From NCBI RefSeq assembly GCF_030028105.1, contig NC_092377.1, forward strand, positions 13,512,782 to 13,576,781: a stretch of 64,000 nucleotides of DNA. The letters are read 5' to 3'. The stretch comes from Mobula birostris. Lineage: Eukaryota. The translations under genes were made by a program, and so were the position numbers. The notes beneath the pieces were generated by a model. That model saw only the letters and a list, made by a program, of their open reading frames with translations, was not told the origin of the DNA and ran no database searches. Each line of letters starts with the position of its first letter. Positions within the stretch are counted from its first letter, which is position 1. Shown here piece after piece: positions 11,697 to 25,372 of this stretch.

Positions 11697-13601
11697 TACA
11701 GTGCGGTGCAAAAGTTTGGGCATCCACGGTCAAAATTTCTGTTACTGTGAATAGCTAAGCGAGTAAAAGATGACCTGATTTCCAAAAGGCATGAAGTTAA
11801 AGATGACACATTTCTTTAATATTTTAAGCAAGAAAACTTTTTTATTTCCATCTTTTACAGTTTCAAAATAACAAAAAAGGAAAAGGGCCCAAAGTAAAAG
11901 TTTGGGCACCCTGCATGGTCAGTACTCAGTAACACCCCCTTTGGCAAGTATCACAGCTTGTAAACGCTTTTGTAGCCAGCTAAGAGTCTTTCAATTCTTG
12001 TTTGGGGGATTTTCGCCCATTCTTCCTTGCAAAAGGCTTCTAGTTCTGTGAGATTCTTGGGCTGTTTTGCATGCACTGCTCTTTTGAGGTCTATCCACAG
12101 ATCTTCGATGATGTTTAGGTCAGGGGATTGTGAGGCCCATGGCAAAACCTTTAGCTTGCGCCTCTTGAGGTAGTCCATTGTGGATTTTGAGGTGTGTTTA
12201 GGATCATTATCCTGTTGTAGAAGCCATCCTTTTTTCATCTTCAGCTTTTTTACAGATGGTGTGATATTTGCTTCCAGAATTTGCTGGTATTTAATTGAAT
12301 TCATTTTTCCCTCTACCAGTGAAATGTTCCCCGTGCCACCGGCTGCAACACAAGCCCAAAGCATGATCGATCCACCCCCGTGCTTAACAGTTGGAGAGGT
12401 GTTCTTTTCATGAAATTCTGCACCCTTTTTTCTCCAAACATACCTTTGCTCATTGCGGCCAAAAAGTTCTATTTTACCTTCATCAGTCCACAGGACTTGT
12501 TTCCAAAATGCATCAGCCTTGTTTAGATGTTCCTTTGCAAACTTCTGACGCTGAATTTTGTGGTGAGGATGCAGGAAAGGTTTTCTTCTGGTGACTCTTC
12601 CATGAAGGTCATATTTGTGCAGGTGTTACTGCACAGTAGAAGAGTGCACCACCACTCCAGAGTTGGTTAAATCTTCCTGAAGGTCTTTTGCAGTCAAACT
12701 GGGGTTTTGATTTGCCTTTCTAGCAAACCTACGAACTGTTCTCTCAGAAAGTTTTCTTGGTCTTCCAGACCTCAACTTGACCTCCATCATTCCTGTTAAC
12801 TGCCATTTCATAATTACATTATGAACTGAGGAAACGGCTACCTGAGAATACTTTGCTATCTTCTTATACCCTTCTCCTGCTTTGCGGGCATCATTTATTT
12901 TAATTTTCACATTGCTAGGCAGCTGCTTAGAGGAGCCCATGGCTGCTGGTTGTTGGGACAAGGCTTGAGGAGTCAGAGTATTTATAAAGCTTTGAAATTT
13001 GCATCACCTGGCCTTTCTTAACGATGACTGTGAACAAGTCATAGCCCTAACAAGCTAATTAAGGTCTGAGACCTTGGTAAAAGTTATCTGAGAACTCAAA
13101 TCTCTTGGGGTGCCCAAACTTTTGCATGGTGCTCCTTTCCTTTTTTTTCACTCTAAAATTGTACAAAACAAAAATAATACACTAATCTTGCTTAAAATGT
13201 TGAAAATGTAACATACCCCGTGGGTCTTATGAGCATGATGTAATGGTCTTGCAGAGGTCAAATGATGTTAATTTCACGCCAGTGTGAGGTCACGTGATGA
13301 CCTGTTCTCAACAAGTATATAAAAGGAAACCCTGGTGACGCAGTTTAGTTTTCAGTTTAGTTTTGTGTTAGTTCGTTATGCTACTCCGTTATGCTGTGTA
13401 TTTGTCATGATGCAGTTTCGTTTTAAAATGGAGTTTTCCTGTCTGTTTTAAGGTGCAAAGATTAGTGTTGGTAGTTTCGCTAATTGCTGCCAGGTTTATG
13501 TGTGTTGCATCTATAATTTTCCCTTTCCAGTAGTATTGGAGAGTGAAGACTTTATTAAAGGATGGGAACCTGAAGGATCGGAATAACGTTGGAGTCGTTC
13601 G

Positions 13602-15504
13602 TGAACGCAGCAGGCCAGGCAGCATCTCTAGGAAGCAGTATGGTTGAAGTTTCGGGCTGAGACCCTTTGTCAGGACTAACTGAAGGAAGAGTTACTAAGA
13701 GATTTGAAAGTGGGAGGGGGAGTGGGAGATCCAAAATGATAGGAGAAGTCAGGAGGGAGAGGGATGGAGCCGAGAGCTGGACAGGTGACTGGCAAAGGGG
13801 ATATGAGAGGATCATGGGACAGGAGACCCAAGGAGAAAGACAAGGGGGGGGAACCCAGAGGATGGGCAAGGGGTCCAGAGCAGGCAGAAGACCAGAGCGG
13901 GGTGTCCATGAAGAAGAGGAGGGTTGAAGACGGGAGAAGGGGTCATCGGTGGGGGTGGAAGAGTCCTTGCCGAAGAAGTAGGCTCGGAGACAGAGACGGT
14001 GGAAGAAGAGTTCTGCATCGTGGTGAACACGGAACTCGCTGAGGTGTGGGCGAAGGGGGACAAAGGTGAGGCCCTTACTGAGGACAGAGCGTTCTGCCTC
14101 CGACAGTTGAAGGTCGGAGGGGATGGTAAAGATCCGGCGCGAATGAGAGCTGGGATCAAAGGGGGGAGGGGGAGGCTGGGGGTGTCAGTGGAGAGGGGAT
14201 GGTTGGGCCGAGAAGAAGATGGAGCCTCTGAGTTCCCAGGAGCTGACAATGGGATCTGAGGGAGACGGGATTGCAGAGTATTGGTGGGGGAAGGGGAGAT
14301 GGGAGTCACAACAGCAGCATATAAAGACCCGGCCTGGAGTTCAAGGCTGGCGTCGCAGTTGGTGGTTGCGCAATCGCTGTGAAGGTGTCCATGGTCGTTG
14401 CTGAAGTCTGGGTTTTTAATATGCCCTGAGGTGTTGGAGCTGGCGAGATCAGTGGCAGGGGCCGCAGTCTGAAGTTCATGCCTGCTAGTTTCATGGCCAG
14501 CAGGCTCTGGAGATCGCAAGATCCTACAACTACGGACTCCAGGGCCTGCCGGCCATGAAACTAGCAGGCATGAACTTTAGACTGCAGCTCCTGCCATTGA
14601 TCTCACGGGCTCCAACACCTCAGGGCATATTCAAAACCCGGACTCCAGCAACGACCATGGACACCTTCACAGCGATTGCGCAACCACCAACTGCGACTCC
14701 AGCCTTGAACTCCAGGCCAGGTCTTTATGTGCTGCTATTGTGACTCCCGTCTCCCCTTCTCCCACCAATACTCTGCAATCCCGTCTCCCTCAGATCCCAT
14801 CGTCAGCTCCTGGGTACTCAGAGGCTCCATCTTCTTCTCGCCCCAACCATCCCCTCTCCACTGACACCCCCAGCCTCCCCCCTCCCCCCTCTGACCCCAG
14901 CTCTCATCAGTGCTGGGTCTTTACCATCCCCTCCGACCTTCAACTGTCGGAGGCAGAACGCTCTGTCCTCAGTAAGGGCCTCACCTTTGTCCCCCTTCGC
15001 CCACACCTCAGCGAGTTCCGTGTTCACCATGATGCGGAACTTTTCTTCCGCCGTCTCCGTCTCCGAGCCTACTTCTTCGGCAAGGACTCTTCCACCCCCA
15101 CCGATGACCCCTTCTCCCGTCTTCAACCCTCCTCTTCTTCATGGACACCCCGCTCTGGTCTTCTGCCTGCTCTGGACCCCTTGCCCATCCTCTGGGTTCC
15201 CCCCCCTTGTCTTTCTCCCTGGGTCTCCTGTCCCACGATCCTCTCATATCCCCTTTGCCAGTCACCTGTCCAGCTCTTGGCTCCATCCCTCCCCCTCCTG
15301 TCTTCTCCTATCATTTTGGATCTCCCCCTCCCCCTCCCACTTTCAAATCTCTTAGTAACTCTTCCTTCAGTTAGTCCTGACGAAGGGTCTCAGCCTGAAA
15401 CGTCGACTGTACCTCTTCCTAGAAATGCTGCCTGGCCTGCTGTGTTCACCAGCAACTTTGAAGTGTGTTGCTTGAATTTCTAGCATCTGCAGAATTCCTG
15501 TTGT
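13602..15504. mobile_element. Fold-back (inverted) internally deleted Penelope-like element
   Basis: Arms 13601-14512 and 14537-15449 are reverse complements with a 24-bp spacer; LSEAERSVLSKGLTFVP..FFRRLRLRAYF PLE N-terminal motif; TSD TTGGAGTC(G/A)TTCG. Confidence 0.88.
15373..15408 (+). ncRNA. Minimal type I hammerhead ribozyme motif
   Basis: AGTC-CTGACGA-AGGGTCTCAGCCT-GAA-ACGT-C-GACT. Confidence 0.75.
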
Positions 15505-16689
15505 TTGGAGTCATTCGGCGGTTTTATACAGGATCGACCTTATCGAGCATTCATTCAGAAGTGGTGACCTGTATCTGAGATAACTCCTGCAAGAGCAGGG
15601 AAGTTTGTGCAGTGTCCACTCACCAGAAAAAGGTCAGTTCCTTTACGCTGTTTTATTTCCTTCATCGTGAATCCTTTTGGAGAATCAGCAGTAACATCAC
15701 GTCTTCGAAGAAATCTGTTTCCAGAGAAATCTCTCCTTATTGACTGTGTAAATCACTTGGACTTTCAAATTTACCATTTTAAGACTGGGTTCGAATTTAC
15801 CACTTTAAGAACTGTTTTCGCATTTACCCTTTTAAGAACTGTTCCAGAGTTGCTGTATAGCAGTCAACTTACGGTTAAGTTAGTCGTTGAAAATTTTTCA
15901 CTATTAATGAGCAGAGTTTAGTAAATGTTTTTGTTTGTTTATAAAACCTGCCTCGTTTCATAATTCATTGTTGCCGATCACGTGACAAAAAGAATGTTTC
16001 ATCTTTAACTTTGTCTTTTGGAGATCAGTTCATCTTCTACTCACTTAACTATTCACAGTAACAGAAATTTTGTCAGAGCCCTGGAGTCTGTTGCAGAACA
16101 GAGGGTCCTCCAGATAGAATTCCAGAAAGTGCCAACATAGGCGAACAAGGTGGTGCTTGACTTCATTTGCCTTCTTTAGAGTCAGGCCAGTGAGTACAGG
16201 AGTCAGGATGTTATGTTTAAACTGTACAAGATGTCAGTGGAATTCTACTTGGGATATTGTATGCAGTTCTGGTCACCTAGCTACAGGAACAGGGTGATGT
16301 AGCTGGAGAGGGTGCAGGAAACATTCACAAAGATGTTTCTCTGAGACTGGAGGGCTTGAATTACAAGGACAGGTAGGGCAGGCTGGGTCTGTTTCTCTGG
16401 AGCACAAAGTGATGGGTTTATATATTAATTCATGGATAGATAAATATATATTACTCTGTAGCCTCACACTCTGCAATGTCCTCCAGTCCCTGTGACCCTC
16501 TGACATGTCTCTTCTCCGACATCCTTAGTCCCTTTTGAATCCTCACTTCCTGTTTTCGATTGGAGCACTGTGCTCTGTCGTTTTCCATATGTGTTGGTGA
16601 TTTGGATGAGAATATAAATGGCAAAAATAATAAATTTGCAGAAGTTCACCCTCCTGAAAGATGCACTACTAGTCATAGGCCTGCATTGT

Positions 16690-18440
16690 GAGAGGCAACC
16701 ATCTACAATCACTCACTGGCTTCTCCCGTGAAGCCAATGTCTAATCCAATTTTCTACCTTATCATGAATGCCAAACAACCTATCTCCCATGTGGGACCTT
16801 GTCAAAACCCTTGCTAAAATCCATGTAGACAACATCCACTGCCTTTCCTTCATCACCCTTCCTGATAACCTCCTCAAAATACTCTATAAGATTGGTTAGA
16901 CATGACCTACCAAAGTCATGTTGACTATCCTTAGTCAGTCCATCTATCCAAGTACTCATATATCCAGTTCCTTAAAATACTTTCCAATAACTTTCCCATT
17001 ATCCCTGACTGATGTCAGGCTCATCAGTATATAATTTCCTGGCTTATTTTTGTAGCATTTCTTAAACAATGGAATAACTTTAGCAATCCTCAATCCCGTG
17101 GCACCTCATTCATTACTAAGGACATTTTAAATATCTCTGTTACGGCCCTTGCAATTTCTGCACTAGCCTCCCAGAAGGTCCGAGGGAACACCTTGTCAGG
17201 CCCTGAGGAGTTATTCACTCTAATTTGCCCCAAGGCACTAAACACTTCCTCCTTTGTAATCTGTATATGATCCATGACCTCTCTGCTGTTTTACCTCACT
17301 TCAAAGACTCCATGCCCATCTTCCAAGTAAACACTGATGCAAAAAATCCATTTAAGATCTCCCCCATCTCTTTTGGTTCCATGCATAGATGACCACTCTG
17401 ACCTTCAAGAGGAACAACTTTGACCCTTGTACTCCTTTTGCTCTTAATGTATCTGTAGAATCCTTTGGGTTTTTCCTTCATCTTGTCTGCCGGAGCAAAG
17501 TCATGCCTCCTTTTAGTCCTCCTGATTTCCTTCTAAAGAGTTCTCTTGCATTTCTTATCCTCATCGAGTACCTCATTTGTGCCTGCCTGCCTATATCTGC
17601 TATGCACCTCCTTCTTCTTAGGACCCAGGATCCCAATATCTCTCGAAAACCACGGTTCCCTAAAGCTGCTAGCGTTATTCTGAAAGGAATAAACAAACTT
17701 GATACTCATAAATTTGACGTTTTAAGGCCTCTCACTCACCAAACACACTCTTGTCTGAAAACAACATGTCCCAGTCCACACTTGCCAGATCCTTTCTCAT
17801 ACCATCAAAATGAGCCTTTCTGCAATTTAGAATCTTAACCTGAGGACCAGACCTATCCCTTTCTATAATTACCTTGAAACTAATGACATTATGATCACTA
17901 GGTGCAAATTATTCCCTACACAGTATTCTGTCACCTGCTCTCTCTCATTCCCTAATAGGAAATCTAGTAGCACACTCCCTCTAGTTGTTATGTTGACATT
18001 GATTAAGGAAACTTTCCTGGATACAATTGAGAAGACCTAACCCATCCAGCCCTTTTACAGTGTGGGAGTCCTAGTCAATATGTAGAAAGTTAAAATCAGC
18101 TACTATCACAATTTCATGTATTTTGGGACAGTCTACAGCCTCTCTACAAATTTCCTTCTCTAAATCCTGCTAATTATTGGGTGGTCTATAATATAATCCC
18201 ATTTATGTGGTCGTCCCTCTCTTATTCCTCAGTTCCACCTGTAGTGCCTCACTCGATGAGCTCTCCTGTCTGTCCTGCCTGAGCACTGCCATGACATTTT
18301 CCCCAACTAATAATACCACCTTCCCCACTCTATCATGTCTAAAACGATGTAATCCTGGAACACTGAGCTGCCAATCCTGCCCCTTCTGAAACCAAGTCTC
18401 ACTAATGGCTACAATGTCATAATTCCACATGCTGGTCCAT
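16690..18440 (-). mobile_element. Decayed CR1 ORF2 (EN to RT)
   Basis: WNYDIVAISETW, KEKPKGFYRYIKSK, SSGPDKVFPR. Confidence 0.85.
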
Positions 18441-18799
18441 TAATGTGACAACTTGTTTCTCAGTGAAACCATTGGGATTAGCAAAATCTTGGCTGATAAG
18501 ATTTTTTGGAAACAAGCAAGACTAATTCAATGAAAACTGTATAATCCTAACATGAAGAAATGGTTAGTTTTTAAATTGTTGATGACTGGTATATGAGTAG
18601 AAAAGAAGTGTGATTTCTTGATTATGTAACTGTGAGCAGTGAGTAACATCACTGGATTTCAAAAGTTCAAAGTAAATTTTATGAATGAAGTACAGATATG
18701 TCACCATATTCAACCCTGAGATTAATTTTCCTGTGGGCATACTCAGCAAATCTATTGAATAATTACCATAACAAAGGGCCTGTTTCTGTTCTGTGTTGG

Positions 18800-19900
18800 A
18801 AAGTTATGTTACAGTTAAATAAGACATCGATGATACCATACTTGGAGTACTATGTACACTTTGTTCACCCTGCTTAGGAAAGATGTTATTAAACTAGAAA
18901 GAGTGCAGAAAAGATATACCAGGATATTGGCTGGACTTGGGGGAATGAGTCGGACAGAAATATTGTATAGACTAGGATTTTATTCCTGGAACAAGGGAGA
19001 TTGAGGAGTGATTTGATAGAGGTCTGTATTAAGAGCATGCAAAGCATAGACAGGGTGAAAGCACATTGTATTTTTCCCAGGGCTAAAAAAACCAGGACAC
19101 AGCTTTATGATGGGAGGCTAAAGATATAAAATGGGTATAAGGGGCAGCTTTTTCATGCACAGTTTGGTCTCTATTTCCTGAGGAGACTGAGGTCCTTTAA
19201 CATCTGCCGGACGATGCTGAGGATGTTCTATGAGTCTGTGGTGGCCAGTGCGATCATGTTTGCTGTTGTGTGCTGGGGCAGCGGGCTGAGGGTAGCAGAC
19301 ACCAACAGAATCAACAAACTCATTCGTAAGGCTAGTGATGTTGTGGGGATGGAACCGGACTCTCTCACGGTGGCGTCTGAGAAGAGGATGCTGTCCAAGT
19401 TGCATGCCATCTTGGACAATGTCTCCCATCCACTACATAATGTACTGGGTGGGCACAGGAGTACATTCAGCCAGAGACTCATTCCATCGAGATGCAACAC
19501 AGAGCGTCATAAGAAGTCATTCCTGCCTGTGGCCATCAAACTTTACAACTCCTCCCTTGGAGGGTCAGACACCCTGAGCCAATAGGCTGGTCCTGGACTT
19601 ATTTCCTGGCATAATTCACATATTACTATTTAACCATTTATGGTTTTATTACTATTTAATTATTTATGGTGCAACTGTAACAAAAACCAATTTCCCCCAG
19701 GATCAATAAAGTATGACTATGGTGCGTAAATGGATTCAGGTGCCTGAAACAATGATCACAATATTTAAAACCCATCTCGATAAGTTCATGGAGGGGAGAA
19801 GTTTAGATGGCTATGGGTGAAATGCAGACAGGTGGGACTAGCTTGCAGTGTATCTAGGGCCAAAGTGCCTGTTTCTGTGCTGAATGACTCTATGATTATG
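18800..19900 (+). mobile_element. Decayed CR1 3' part interrupted by a younger Rex1-type 3' fragment (19166-19720)
   Basis: ORF 19214-19585 near-identical to the element at 36953-39385; tail ATCAATAAAGTATGACTATG. Confidence 0.8.
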
Positions 19901-20984
19901 AGATTTCTGTCTTCAATTCAGAGAATTAATTTCCATCCAGCTTCCTGTATCAGAACTATTTTGAAACTTCCCTATTTACGCTCCTCAGCACTAAAGTCCT
20001 CCTCTACCTCCCTGCATTATATACTATCATTGTACTGACACAGAAAGCTCTCCTGGATGCACTTTAAAAATTCCACCTCTAATCTTTCCACATAAATCAG
20101 ATCCTATGAATGTGAATGTGATCCTATGAATCCCATTAATATGAATGCCAGGCAACTGCAACTCCATTCAGCAGATCTCTTCCTCAATCTCCCACCAACA
20201 GTTGGGTGGTCTGCAGTACAATGCCAGCAACATGAATGTGCTGTTGTTTCTAAAATCTGTCCATGTGGCCTCGTGTAAAGAACATTCTGAGACACCCACC
20301 CTCGTTCCTGCAGTGATGGTCTCCCCCATTAATCTTGCAATATCATCATTTCCTCTTTTCCATCCCTCCCTCTCTGTGGAATTCATTGCCATAGGCAGCT
20401 GTGGAGGCCAAGACTTTATGTATATTTAAGACAGAGGTTGATATATTCTTGATTGATCAGGACATGAATGGATACCGGGGGGGGGGGGGTGGTGTAGAGA
20501 AGGGAAGAGATTAGGGTTGTGAAGAAAAATAGATCAGCCATGATGAAATAGCACTGCACTTGATGGGCCAAATGGCAAAATTCTGCTCCTTTATCTTATG
20601 GTCTTATGGTCTAACATCGCATTTGTCTCCCTCACCTCCAACTCAACCTGTAAATTAACCTCTAGGGAATTGAGCACGAGGACTCCCAAATTCCTTTGCA
20701 TCTCAGTTTTTAAAATTTTTTTTCTCTCAATTTAGAAAATAGTCAACCCTTTCATTTATTCTATCAAAGTGCAGGACCATACACTTCCCGACACTGTATT
20801 TCATCTGCTGTTTCTTTGTCCATTGTCCTAATATTTCTAAATCCTTCTGTGGCTTCTCTAACCTAGTTTCCTCAAAACTATCTGCCCCTCCGCCTATCTT
20901 CGGATCGTCCACGAATTTCGCGCTGATATCCGATCGTAGGATTTATCGGAATAAATCTGATGAGTGATTCGTTTCTCGGTCAAC

Positions 20985-21048
20985 CAATGGAAATGCTCGA
21001 CCTCTCCATTCTTCATTAGCATACTGCTTTCAGCGCTGCCTATTTAAA
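20985..21048 (+). promoter_or_regulatory. H2B promoter: CCAAT, octamer variant ATTAGCAT, TATA
   Basis: CCAAT near 20985, ATTAGCAT 21015-21022, TATTTAAA 21041-21048. Confidence 0.75.
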
Positions 21049-21100
21049 CCGGGCTCCGAGTCATGTGTGTTCATTTTGCCGTTTGATTCCAAGTGAAGAA

Positions 21101-21475
21101 ATGCCCGAGCAGCAGAAATCCGCTCCCAAGAAGGGCGCCAAGAAAGCTTTGCCCAAACCAGCGGGCAAGTCTGGCAAGAAACGCAGGAGGGTGAGGAAGG
21201 AAAGTTACTCCATCTATATCTACAAAGTGATGAAGCAGGTTCACCCCGACACCGGCATCTCCTCCAAGGCCATGAGCATCATGAACTCGTTCGTGAGCGA
21301 TATTTTCGAGCGCATCGCGGGCGAGGCTTCCCGGCTGGCCCATTATAACAAGCGATCGACCATCAGCTCCCGGGAGATCCAGACTGCCGTGCGCCTGCTG
21401 CTGCCTGGGGAGCTGGCCAAGCACGCCGTGTCGGAAGGGACAAAGGCGGTGACCAAGTACACCAGCTCCAAATGA
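21101..21475 (+). CDS. H2B: Histone H2B (second copy)
   Basis: Same protein as 8186-8560; ATG at 21101. Confidence 0.99.
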   Translation: MPEQQKSAPKKGAKKALPKPAGKSGKKRRRVRKESYSIYIYKVMKQVHPDTGISSKAMSIMNSFVSDIFERIAGEASRLAHYNKRSTISSREIQTAVRLLLPGELAKHAVSEGTKAVTKYTSSK

Positions 21476-21507
21476 AATGTGCCGACTAACCAAACCGGAA
21501 ACCCAAC

Positions 21508-21547
21508 GGCTCTTTTAAGAGCCACTCACAGATTCATTCAAAGAGTT
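21508..21547 (+). terminator. Histone 3' stem-loop and HDE
   Basis: GGCTCTTTTAAGAGCC (21508-21523), AAAGAG downstream. Confidence 0.95.
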
Positions 21548-22460
21548 ACTACTCCCGCCCACGCGGAAGCATAATTCCGTCCTTCGCCTCTCTGTTGGTT
21601 ATTAGAAACTGTATCTCCCACATATCCAACATTTACGAAAACATTACAAATAACCACTGACAAAACAGGAAACTCAGAGTCATTAAAAGTTAGAGATATT
21701 TTGCCATTGAATGAGGCAAGCATCGAAGTTCAATGAGCAAATTGAAATTCTATTCATGTTAACCGGCCGACTGTCCGGTATTATCCCGAGGTCTTTGTTG
21801 CATTCTTCCTATAGCGCGCACGCGGAACTATCATCCCCTCTATAGCCTTACTGTCGGTCATTACAAATTGTGTATTTGTGAAGCGGATATTTGCTGATTC
21901 TGATTTAATAGCTGTGGGGAATCTGATTGATTAATTTTTGTCCCATTTTGACAGCTTATGCGAATCCCATTTCAGTGCCAGACATGAACTGGTTCACGGG
22001 TCTTCTCACAGATACCTTTTGTCTGCGAAGTAATTTGTTAAAACTGCAGGTTAAACCAGTCGCAGTCTGAGAAGACCGGTGTTTTCATAACCTGATCAGC
22101 TTATAATGACCGGCCGCGAACAGAAGCGAAGTTTTCGCTCAGAGCGTTGATCACTTGAAAGAAATCTGCGAATTAATTTCCTAGATATTTTTTCCATATT
22201 ACTTACACGCGTATTAAATGTGTCGGACTTCATTAATGGGATGTATGCGGAGACCAACATCTGGAATATTTTGATTTTAGGTTAGGTTTGAACAAAGGAT
22301 TTTTTGGCGGGCTTTTTCAAATTTCTTTTATAGGAAATAAACGGTTAGTTTCCGCGCTTCTGCTATTGCTGTCTCTTGATTGGTGAATAAAGCTGCCCCC
22401 TGATTGGACTATATCATGGCACCACTGAGATTAAGTGTGGTTGCTCCAATAGAAAAATGA

Positions 22461-22928
<468 letters not shown>

Positions 22929-22958
22929 AGCGACAGATTCTGAACCCGGTGACCCAAA

Positions 22959-23000
22959 GGCTCTTTTAAGAGCCACTCACAGTGTCTGTGAAAGGGCTGT
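22959..23000 (+). terminator. Histone 3' stem-loop and HDE
   Basis: GGCTCTTTTAAGAGCC (22959-22974), GAAAGGGCTG. Confidence 0.95.
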
Positions 23001-24604
23001 CTACGGTTACCATGGGTGCGGGTGAAAGGGCTCAAATTTATATTTGATTGTTTACTGTGTGGTTAATTGAAATTTCCTCCTGTTGCGAAGCTCACAGGGT
23101 GAACAGTCGGGTTGCAGTCCGAAATGACGGAGGTGGGTCCCCCACTGATGTTGGAATTGAATGTTTTTTATAGGAGTCCAGCAGTGTGATCGATTACATG
23201 TAGCCGCCCGTTCCAGAGGAAGTATGGGGGGGGGGGGGTGTGAGGTGTTGGGCAAGAGAGGTCCGTGCCAAGGGAGGTGAGTGACCGCAGGGTGGTGATG
23301 AAGCATTCCCTGCTTGAGGAGAGGCTTGAACATCATGACAGGTGTCATTTCATTGGCTCTTCACTGAACCCTGGGACATCTTATGACTGCGAGGCTAAGT
23401 AGAGCGCCAATGCCATATTTAAGATTGCTGTCGTCGCCTGCAGGTTCAGGAACAGTTAGTACTCCTCAACCAGAGGGGATAACTGCACTTTTACGGAGTC
23501 TACAACTGATGTTCGCGATATTTATTGTTTTCTAATTTATTATTCTTACTTTTTTTTCTCTTTTTGTACTTATACAGTTTGTCTTTTGCAGATTGTTTTG
23601 TCTTTGTTGCTAGTTTTCACTAGTTCTGTTGTGTTTCTTTGTATTTACCGGCATTGCAGTGGAACAAAGTGATACAATAGAATCAGTGAAAAATTACACA
23701 TAAGCACAGAGAGATCATTCTGCAAAAGACAAACTGCAAATATGTATAAGGAAGTGTGTATGGTGACACATACAGTACCTATCGATAATGAATTTATTTT
23801 GAAATTTGAACTTAACGTTTCAGCCCACAGGTCCTTCATCAGATAACATTGCTACCTTTCAATACTTAGAGAACAAAATTCGAATTGAATCTAAGTATGA
23901 AGTGTCACCATAAACAACCCTACTAAACTGAACTATTATTTTTTTATCATTTTCAACTTCCCTGTCCTTTGAAACATGGATATTTGGAATTATCGCCCTT
24001 TTTTTTTTCCTGTCCTGGTGTTAAATTCTATTTCCCTCCCCCAGTGGTAAATTTGACATTGAAATGTGTCTGAGAAGTAAGTAATTGCCCGCTGTGTCTC
24101 CTTTGATCGAAAGCTCACTTTGCTCTGCCCCCCAGGCTGTGGACAGGAGATAATGTCACTTGACACCTCTTTGTGGAACTATTTGTGTGTTGGCATCCCT
24201 GATGTTGTTCCCGCGGCTATGGGCTGGTGCAGCCTCGGGTGGTGGCAATGTGATGTAATGAGCTTCTTCTGTGGTTTGCAGGTTGATGTGGAGAGATGGA
24301 GAAGACAGCGACTGGATCAGATGATCTAAACCGTGCTCTCTGCTATTGCCATGTTTCCCATTCTCATCCTTAAGCTCACACCCCTTCTTGTTCCTCACCC
24401 CCCCCACTCTTGCTGTAACCTCCTCCCATCCTGGCAAACTCTCGCTGCTCTGCTCTCCTCCAGCTGTGGCCTCTTATATATTGTCGCATTATTTTTTTTG
24501 GACTGGTGACCTGTTACCAGACGCGCTGCTGGGGAAGGGGTTGAGCATTTTGATTATCAAATATATTGATAAGTTGAATGAGAATATATGTAGGGTGATT
24601 ACTA

Positions 24605-25372
24605 AAGTCAAGTCAAGTTTATTGTCATTTCGACCATAAGCTGCTGGTACAGTACGCAGTAAAAACGAAACAACATTCCTCCAGGACCATGGTGCTACAT
24701 GAAACAACACAAAACTACACTAGACTGTGAGACAGCACAAGGCTACACTAGACTACGTGAAACAAACGTAAAAGCTGCACTAGACAACAGACCTGCACAG
24801 GAGTACATAAAGTGCACAAAACAGTGCAGGGCAGTACAATAATTAATAAGCAAGACAGTAGAGGACAAATTACAATATAATAAATGATGTAGCTGTCAGT
24901 CTAGACTCTGAGTATTGAGGAGTCTGATGGCTTGGGAGAAGAAACTGTCGCACAGTCTAGTCGTGAGAGCCCGAATGCTTCGGTACCTTTTGCCAGATGG
25001 CAGGAGGAAGAAGTGTTTGTATGAGGGGTGCGTGGGGTCCTTCACAATACTGTTAGCTTTGCGGGTGCAGCGTGTGGTGTAAATGTCTGTAATAACAGGA
25101 AGAGAGACCCCGATGACCTTCTCAGCTGACCTCACTATCTGCTGCAGGGTCTTGCAATCCGAGATGGTGCAATTTCCGAACCAGGCAGTGATGCAGCTGC
25201 TCAGGATGCTCTCAATACAACCTCTGTAGAATGCGGTGAGGATGGTGGTGGGAGATGGACTTTTCTCAGCCTTTGCAGAAAGTAGAGATGCTGCTGGGCT
25301 TTTTTGGCTATGGAGCTGGTGTTGAGGGACCAGGTGAGATTCTCTGCCAGGTGAACACCAAGAGATTTGGTG
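24605..25372 (-). mobile_element. Rex1-type LINE 3' fragment
   Basis: LGVHLAENLTWS..FYRGCIESILSSCITAWFGN..LLPSGKRYRSI; (TTGAC)n tail. Confidence 0.85.

Larger units (their letters stand above)
13207..15987 (+). mobile_element. Solo LTR with 4-bp TSD AAAA, hosting the Penelope palindrome
   Basis: TGTAAC...GTGACA ends, AAAA on both sides, Tc1 TIR sequence rejoins across it; TATATAAAA near 13316. Confidence 0.75.
11699..16072 (-). mobile_element. Tc1-family (IR/DR type) DNA transposon with decayed transposase; one TIR split by an LTR insertion and truncated
   Basis: TA|CAGTG terminus at 11699; QQDNDPKH..W.SQSPDLN.IE (11951-12364); RSGRPRK HTH (12626-12961); AAAAGTTTGGGCA direct repeats near 11710 and 11896, inverted near 13113; TIR resumes at 15992-16072. 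Confidence 0.9.

Noticed and set aside
13640-13680. Active hammerhead in the left palindrome arm
   Set aside because: Core mutated (CTGACAA, GAAACTT); predicted inactive
13812-15483. Long Pro/Ser-rich ORFs in the palindrome as novel genes
   Set aside because: Deleted PLE ORF fused to UTR; low complexity, and mirrored by the inversion
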